Source: an uncultured Poribacteria bacterium
GTDB lineage: Bacteria > Poribacteria > WGA-4E > WGA-3G
DNA length: 64,000 nucleotides
Assembly: GCA_958296135.2 (NCBI GenBank)
Contig: CATQHZ020000001.1
Location: 288,001-352,000, forward strand
Direction of reading: 5' to 3'
Shown here: piece by piece, positions 58,397 through 64,000 of the stretch
Numbering within the stretch: position 1 is the first letter of the stretch
How the letters are laid out: each line of letters starts with the position of its first letter
Notes under the pieces: generated by a model
What the model saw: only the letters and a program-made list of their open reading frames with translations
Told to the model about the DNA's origin: nothing
The model's database searches: none
Made by a program: the position numbers and the translations under genes

Positions 58397-60028
58397 TCAG
58401 ACAGATGAAGGCCGTTCCTGCATCACAGGAATGACGTAACTCCGAATCGTCAATCCGTCCAGTGTTTCTGTTGTCACGCGTGGCTGCGGCTTTGCGCGAT
58501 GATCGAAGACGACGTAGTATCCCTCTGTCACCCGTTCCAATGTCAGATAGGCAGCGAGTTGCGCGATTCCCTCCCGGTAACTCTTCTCGCCTTGCCAGAT
58601 TTTGGTTTCGACGATGTATTTCCGGTTGCGGTGGTTCACGAGAAGATCGATCCGGCCCCGCCCTGTTTGCACTTCAAGATGCATTACGCCTTGAACTTGC
58701 CGGACAACCTGGTCCAGATAAGCGAACAGGAGGTGCTGTCCGACATACTCTTTCGGTTTCTGTGGTACGTGGAGGAGGCGAAAACCGACGCGCGCAATGA
58801 AATCTTGGAAGTTATTCAACAGCTGCTCCATGTCAATTCGTCCTTCCGGCGTGAGGCAATCGCGATATCCGTTGCCGGTGTCTTGCGGGTAGTATTCGCC
58901 TTCCAGTCCGTTCCTCGGCGGCTTGAACGTCCGCAGGATACGGTAGAGATAAATCGGGTTTGCAATCTCACACATGCCATCTTCTCCCGCCACGATGACA
59001 CCGTAGGTGGCGAGTTCACTGATGATGTCATCGTCCCAATCGAACTCCACGCCTTCATCATAAGAAGCGATTTGCATCAGACGCCTTTCAAAGCGAGCGT
59101 CACGCCGAACATTGGTAGTGAGATGTTGGATGTTGACATTTCGCTCCCGAAGGATGCGCCAATGCGCTTTTGAAAAGTGCTGCATATCAATCGGAGTCGT
59201 TTTCGGAATGTCCATCTCTTCTGTCAGGATTTGCGCAAGGCGATTGACGAGCACGGGCTGTCCGGCTGTCTGCTTGTGGACATTCTCAATCACCTCCGAC
59301 GCGAAGGTTTGACCGGCTTCCTCTGTATACTGCCCAAGGAGTTCTTCCACCTGCGCGCGGGTAAAGTTTGGTAGGGCAAACTCGTCCTGAATGTTGAACG
59401 GCGAGATAGTCCTGTCGTAGTTCAACTGCGTGAGACTCTTCACACCGACGATACCGACGCTGTAGGGACACCGCGACACCGCATCGGAAAGGTAGATTTG
59501 GCGGAGCGCATGAAGAAAACCTCGCACAGCCCCGAGCGGAATCCCATCAAATTCGTCAATGATGATGACAACCCGTAACGCCTCTTCCGATTTCTCTACC
59601 GAGCCGGCCTTCTCGGGATTTAGCAACCTCGCGAGGTGCCTAAAAAATCCTCTCATTGAAACGTGATCGGTTATCTGGGAATCTTCCAAAAAGCGCGTTA
59701 ACGCATCGGATAGAACGATACCACGCCTTTGGAATTCTTCTTTCATTGCCAGGCAAATATCTTCGCAGAGGTAGCCGTAAAAAGGGGCCGGCTCAATATC
59801 AACAAACACTTGGAAATCCAAGTGGATAGGGAAGTAGAGCGGTTCTTCTTCCTCCAATTTTTCGAGTGCCCATCGGAAAAAAGTCGTCTTGCCTGTCTGC
59901 CGTGGCGCGAAGAGCACGATGTAGCGTCCCTCTTTCAAACGGGTGACGAAATCGGCGAGTTCATCGGCGCGAGAGACGACGTAGTGCTTCTCCGGATACA
60001 CGCGCCCTTGCGTCCAAAATCTTTTCAT
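58397..60028 (-). CDS. AAA-like ATPase with a C-terminal PD-(D/E)XK nuclease-like domain
   Basis: APRQTGKTT, IIIDEFD, SPFNIQ, TAGQP and C-terminal GRIDLL...IVETK. Confidence 0.85.
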   Translation of the reverse strand: MKRFWTQGRVYPEKHYVVSRADELADFVTRLKEGRYIVLFAPRQTGKTTFFRWALEKLEEEEPLYFPIHLDFQVFVDIEPAPFYGYLCEDICLAMKEEFQRRGIVLSDALTRFLEDSQITDHVSMRGFFRHLARLLNPEKAGSVEKSEEALRVVIIIDEFDGIPLGAVRGFLHALRQIYLSDAVSRCPYSVGIVGVKSLTQLNYDRTISPFNIQDEFALPNFTRAQVEELLGQYTEEAGQTFASEVIENVHKQTAGQPVLVNRLAQILTEEMDIPKTTPIDMQHFSKAHWRILRERNVNIQHLTTNVRRDARFERRLMQIASYDEGVEFDWDDDIISELATYGVIVAGEDGMCEIANPIYLYRILRTFKPPRNGLEGEYYPQDTGNGYRDCLTPEGRIDMEQLLNNFQDFIARVGFRLLHVPQKPKEYVGQHLLFAYLDQVVRQVQGVMHLEVQTGRGRIDLLVNHRNRKYIVETKIWQGEKSYREGIAQLAAYLTLERVTEGYYVVFDHRAKPQPRVTTETLDGLTIRSYVIPVMQERPSSV

Positions 60029-60161
60029 GCTTTCTCCCTCTTGTCAAACACATCGAAAAACTTAGCATCGAGAACGGCGATGAAACCCTCGGCGATTCGT
60101 GCTCGCCGGATGACGAGAATACCCTTCCAAATCATCAATCCCGCTCGCCGAACGCTTCGCG

Positions 60162-61547
60162 CTAAGACGAAGAAATCGGTTGCCCTCGCAATTCCGGCGG
60201 AATCGCAATCCCGAATTCTTGCAATACCGTCGGTGCAATGTCATATAAGTGCCGCGCTGGCATATAGCCAGTCGCCTTGCATTGCCGGGACTTCATAACG
60301 AAGATGCCTGTCTGCGCGTGGTTACAATCGTCCGGGCCGGTGTCGTTTTCGTAGGTATAAATACTATTGTAGCCGACGCTGCCCACCGAACGCCAATAGA
60401 GATTACCGAAATAGGCGATGAGGTCCGGCGCGATGTTTCGGCATTTTCTATAAACTTCTTCCGGTTTAAAGACGCGCGTGCCGATGTTTTCACCGGTTTC
60501 ATCAACGATTGCTTCCAGCCGCGCCTTCAATTCATTGCGAACCTTTTCGTAATCCTGCGGTGGGATGATTCCATGAGGCTCCCTGCCCTTCACGTTCAGA
60601 AAGATGCGTCCATAATACCCGCCTTCACCCCACGCCTGTGTGCAATGCCAATCTACTAAATCCGGAGAAAAAGGCGTGATTTCTTCCGGGCGCGTTTTCA
60701 ACGTCAGGTATCCGTGTTGCTGCAGCCATTCGTTAACACAGATACCGCCGTCCATCCGCTTGGCACCGTGGTCAGAAACGATTAGGACGGTAGTGTTTTC
60801 GTCAATCAATTCTAACAGCCTGGCTAATTCAGCATCAAGCATGGCATAATATCGGCGCATCGTATCTGAAAAGGGAGAATCCGGTTCATGCTGTCGGTGC
60901 GATGTATCCCAAAACCGCCAGAAGGCGTGGTGAAGCCGGTCGGAGCCCATCTCCACCATCATGAACAGCTCCCAGGGTTTTGTCTTGAGCAGGTGCCGTG
61001 CCAGTTTGAAGCGCGCCGCTGTCATTTTAAACAGAGCGCGTTCTAATTCGGTGCGCCGCTCTGTCCGAAAATTCGGGACATCAATCATGTAATCGCTGGC
61101 GACTTGCGCGATTTCGCGCTTGAGTCGTGGCGGAAAGCACCACTGCGAATTGAGGCTCGGCGTGAGAAAGCTGCTCGCCATCCATCCCGGAAACGGCTTC
61201 GGCGGATACGTCAGCGGCACGCCTAAGACGACAGACTTTTTCCCGTGAGCCCCGACGATGTCCCACAACGTCGGCAAGGTGACAGCGTGCGAATTGACGA
61301 TGTAGAGGTTCTCGTAGGAATAATCTTTCCGGTTGCGAAAGCCGTAGATGCCGATTTCGCCCGGGTCTCGGCCCGTCATCATGCACATCCACGCAGGCAC
61401 GGTGATAGGCGGAATCGTGCTTTCCAATTGTCCATAAATCCCAGTTTCCATTAAACGGCGTGTGTGCGGCATGTCGTCCCTGAACGCGTCAAAAACAAGT
61501 TCGGGTGCGGCGCAATCCCAACCGATGATGAGAACGCGTTTTTTCAA
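60162..61547 (-). CDS. Alkaline phosphatase superfamily, type I phosphodiesterase/nucleotide pyrophosphatase
   Basis: VLIIGWD, STIPPITVPAW, DRLHH, VSDHG and CNH. TTG start after GAAGGAG. Confidence 0.88.
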   Translation of the reverse strand: MKKRVLIIGWDCAAPELVFDAFRDDMPHTRRLMETGIYGQLESTIPPITVPAWMCMMTGRDPGEIGIYGFRNRKDYSYENLYIVNSHAVTLPTLWDIVGAHGKKSVVLGVPLTYPPKPFPGWMASSFLTPSLNSQWCFPPRLKREIAQVASDYMIDVPNFRTERRTELERALFKMTAARFKLARHLLKTKPWELFMMVEMGSDRLHHAFWRFWDTSHRQHEPDSPFSDTMRRYYAMLDAELARLLELIDENTTVLIVSDHGAKRMDGGICVNEWLQQHGYLTLKTRPEEITPFSPDLVDWHCTQAWGEGGYYGRIFLNVKGREPHGIIPPQDYEKVRNELKARLEAIVDETGENIGTRVFKPEEVYRKCRNIAPDLIAYFGNLYWRSVGSVGYNSIYTYENDTGPDDCNHAQTGIFVMKSRQCKATGYMPARHLYDIAPTVLQEFGIAIPPELRGQPISSS

Positions 61548-61725
61548 AATAATCTCTCCTTCAAGCCAGAGCGGTTCAGTCCTCACATTTTCTCGCCCTT
61601 CGTCCATCCTTACACTCGGGTGCAACCGGCGCGCCCATTCTGCATGCGTCTTGGAAAAATTGCCCGATTTCATTCTGAAAGTTCGTTTAATCTTGTCCTG
61701 TTCGGGCTTGGGATAACTACCCCCT

Positions 61726-62244
61726 TCACCCCGTTGATATCACCGGTAAGCTCCCAACCAAACGCACCGTATCCACACTCACTGTCACAACGCGCCCGAT
61801 CAAATCCACAAGATACCGCGGCGCATCAACACGGTTCGGATCGTTCACAATGCCGCTCCGTTTATCTGTTTTCACGCGGTACTGAGCGACGAGCCACTCT
61901 AACGCTGAACGGTTCCCCAACCGATACGCAAACGCCTCTGGCGGAATCCCATCAAGCGTCAGGAATTCGTTATAGACAAGCCGCGTCTTCTCCTTGGCGA
62001 ATTTCATCCGTTCCACGCGCCAATTCACTGGCACATCCGGGGTTTCAAGCCACCGTAAATTTTCGTATTCCGGCACCGCTTCATAGTCGACGTGGAGAGA
62101 TGCTAACTGTTTGCCTATCGTCACGAACCCCCGGAAATCCGGCGCGAAGGGGAGGTGCGGCAGCGAGCGCGTGAGGTTCACCCGAAGGGTGGCGTAGTAG
62201 TCGCGCACCGGCTTGCTGTCGGGTTTTAGGGTTAATTTCCGCAT
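61726..62244 (-). pseudogene. Remnant of a type ISP/IIG-like R-M enzyme: short N-terminus fused in frame to the C-terminal specificity domain
   Basis: MRKLTLKPDSKPVRDYYATL joined to NL..SLPHLPF...LASLHVDYE...YRLGNRSALEW..QY.VKTDKRSGIVNDPN. No methyltransferase motifs. Confidence 0.7.
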
Positions 62245-62323
62245 AAAGGTGATGATAACAGAATGGATATTCAGTATCAAGGTTAAAACCGTAGGGGGTG
62301 TTAGGTTGCTAGAGTCCAAAGCA

Positions 62324-62393
62324 CGCGAGGGACAGGTTTCCCTCGCGCTACGGTTAAAACGGGTATCCGTAGGGTGAAGGCCTGTCCCTCGCC
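62324..62393. repeat. Divergent REP family A pair
   Basis: CGCGAGGGACAGGTTTCCCTCGCGCTAC (GTAG on -) and GTAGGGTGAAGGCCTGTCCCTCGCC (+). Confidence 0.8.
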
Positions 62394-62448
62394 ATGCATC
62401 GGTTGGGAACTCGCGACACGGGAATCAGACGGTTGTTTTATATTGATG

Positions 62449-63801
62449 TCAAGCCCACCGCGGGTTTCTGCCGCCGAATCGCTGTTCGCTGATGTTCCAC
62501 AATTCTGATAGCCCGAGCTGCTGAATATGCTCAATGCCCGGAAGACAGGCATCGTTGATGCGTGTGAGCCATCGTTGGAGCTCTGCCTCTAACTCCGCCT
62601 TGAGGTGCTGCGAATTCTCATCGTCAATCAGGTTGTTTAACTGATACGGATCAGTGTGGTTATCGTAAAGCAGCCATCCGGTGCCATCATAATGGCGCGC
62701 GTAGGTGTGGCGGTGTGTGCGAACCCCGCGCCACTCGCGGATACCGGCGTTGAAGCCTTCGCTACCGTGCAACGGAATTTCCAGCAAAACTGACTGCGGT
62801 TCATCAATTGGCTTGCCAAGCATTGCCCCGGAAAGATCGGTGCCTTCCACCCCATCAGGAATGTCAAGTCCAGACAGCGACAACAGACTCGGCATGAAAT
62901 CGACGAGGCTCAGCAACGTTTCACGCGTGACACCTGCTGGAATTTTGCCCGGCCAACGAATCAGGAAGGGGATGCGCACCGATTCGTCCCACGGGCGTTC
63001 CTTTCTGACATGCCCTTGGCTGCCGAGCATATCACCGTGGTCGGACGTATAAACAAGGATGGTGTTCTCGGCGATACCCATGTCTTCAAGCGATGCCATC
63101 AAACGTCCCAGATTCTCATCCAAGGCAGTGATATGCGCGTAGTAACCTGAGATGTCCTGCCGCGTCTGCGGCGTGTCTACTGCATTCGGACGCAGCTGGA
63201 TTTCTTCCGGCGGGTACAGTGCCTTGTAGCGTTCGGAGACATGTTCGTAGGGGTTATGCGGCGGCCCCCAACTCAGATAGAGGCAGAACGGTTCATCGGC
63301 GTGTTCGCGGCAGAATTGAATGGCGCGCGCTGTCTGAAAATCGGGTTCATAGCCTTCAATCTGCATCCGGTTCCCGACGTTATCGTGGTAGGGCGCGTTG
63401 AAATAGTTGTGGTGGCAATTCCAGCCGAGCCACTCATCAAAGCCGAACCGCATCGCCGGCGTGATGAATTTATCCCGCGGCATACCGCCGAGGTGCCACT
63501 TGCCGATGTAGCCGGTAGCGTAGCCAGCAGCCTTGAATACCGCCGCGATGCCGGTTTCAGACAACGGTAACGGCAAATCGTTGGAGACAGCTTTATGGCT
63601 CAAGGGATGCTTGCCTGTCATGAGACACCCGCGCGCCGGCACACACAGCGGGACGTTGGTGAAGGTGTTCGGAAAAAAGATTCCCTCCCGCGCCAGCGTA
63701 TCCATGGCGGGTGTCTGCACCTGACTATTTCCTGCACAGCCGACATCGCATCCGCGGTGCTGGTCTCCGAAAACAAAGATGAGATTGGGTTGACGTTGCA
63801 T
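62449..63801 (-). CDS. Sulfatase (Cys-type)
   Basis: PNLIFVFGDQHR, CVPARGCLMTG, YIGKWHL, PPHNPY and TSDHG. Confidence 0.92.
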   Translation of the reverse strand: MQRQPNLIFVFGDQHRGCDVGCAGNSQVQTPAMDTLAREGIFFPNTFTNVPLCVPARGCLMTGKHPLSHKAVSNDLPLPLSETGIAAVFKAAGYATGYIGKWHLGGMPRDKFITPAMRFGFDEWLGWNCHHNYFNAPYHDNVGNRMQIEGYEPDFQTARAIQFCREHADEPFCLYLSWGPPHNPYEHVSERYKALYPPEEIQLRPNAVDTPQTRQDISGYYAHITALDENLGRLMASLEDMGIAENTILVYTSDHGDMLGSQGHVRKERPWDESVRIPFLIRWPGKIPAGVTRETLLSLVDFMPSLLSLSGLDIPDGVEGTDLSGAMLGKPIDEPQSVLLEIPLHGSEGFNAGIREWRGVRTHRHTYARHYDGTGWLLYDNHTDPYQLNNLIDDENSQHLKAELEAELQRWLTRINDACLPGIEHIQQLGLSELWNISEQRFGGRNPRWA

Positions 63802-64000
63802 TTTTTCCTCAAATTTCGGGGGGGGGTATAGAAATCCCCCTAATTATTGCATCCACGTATAAATTTTGCGGAGGATACCCTCGCTCTGCGCCCAGAATGC
63901 CCGTTTTAGTGGCGAAACGACTTTCGTATAGTGACAGAAATTGCACCGCTTAGCGCGGTATTGCTCCTTGTGCGCGATTAATCCTTTGTTTTCCGGCGGC

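Noticed and set aside
57247-58434. Several ORFs made of repeated peptides across REP clusters (also 1971-2511, 11888-12741 and 51732-51962)
   Set aside because: These are translations of palindromic repeats with no SD or protein-like features.
63818-63826. G9 homopolymer upstream of the sulfatase as a phase-variation switch
   Set aside because: It is one arm of a REP-C-like hairpin (GGGGG-TATAGAAAT-CCCCC) and I cannot place it within a promoter.
1-64000. tRNA, rRNA, integrase, reverse transcriptase, RAYT or IS transposase genes
   Set aside because: None was recognised by eye or in the ORF track. A tRNAscan/Infernal run would be needed to exclude small RNAs.

Overview
Bacterial chromosomal window of moderately high GC. 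It probably comes from Candidatus Poribacteria, inferred from the giant secreted protein with a LLPNYPNPFNPETW-type C-terminus, lamin-tail and YWTD repeats, plus sulfatases, PhyH, Gfo/Idh/MocA, Rpn and AAA-PD-(D/E)XK families. Housekeeping genes: nagB, holB, tmk, recJ, rel, rpmB, tyrA, cmk, argG. Transport: two tandem TonB-dependent receptors, two tandem Leu/Ile/Val-type solute-binding lipoproteins, and an MntR-controlled VIT1 + Mn/Zn ABC operon. Scattered defence-type genes: a TIR protein, a type III R-M pair, Rpn with an internal start site, a broken PIN toxin, an AAA-nuclease and a deleted type ISP-like R-M gene. The main non-coding signal is a dense population of GTAG-type REP palindromes. 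They form tandem arrays, carry nested hairpin cassettes at a fixed loop position, supply stop codons and terminators, and sit in-frame inside tyrA and a YyaL-like gene. Several long, strongly base-paired leaders match no riboswitch I recognise: upstream of argG, upstream of the TonB receptor pair, and an H-type pseudoknot upstream of the binding-protein pair. No rRNA, tRNA, CRISPR array or intact transposase was seen. All family assignments come from motifs recognised by eye; no database was searched.
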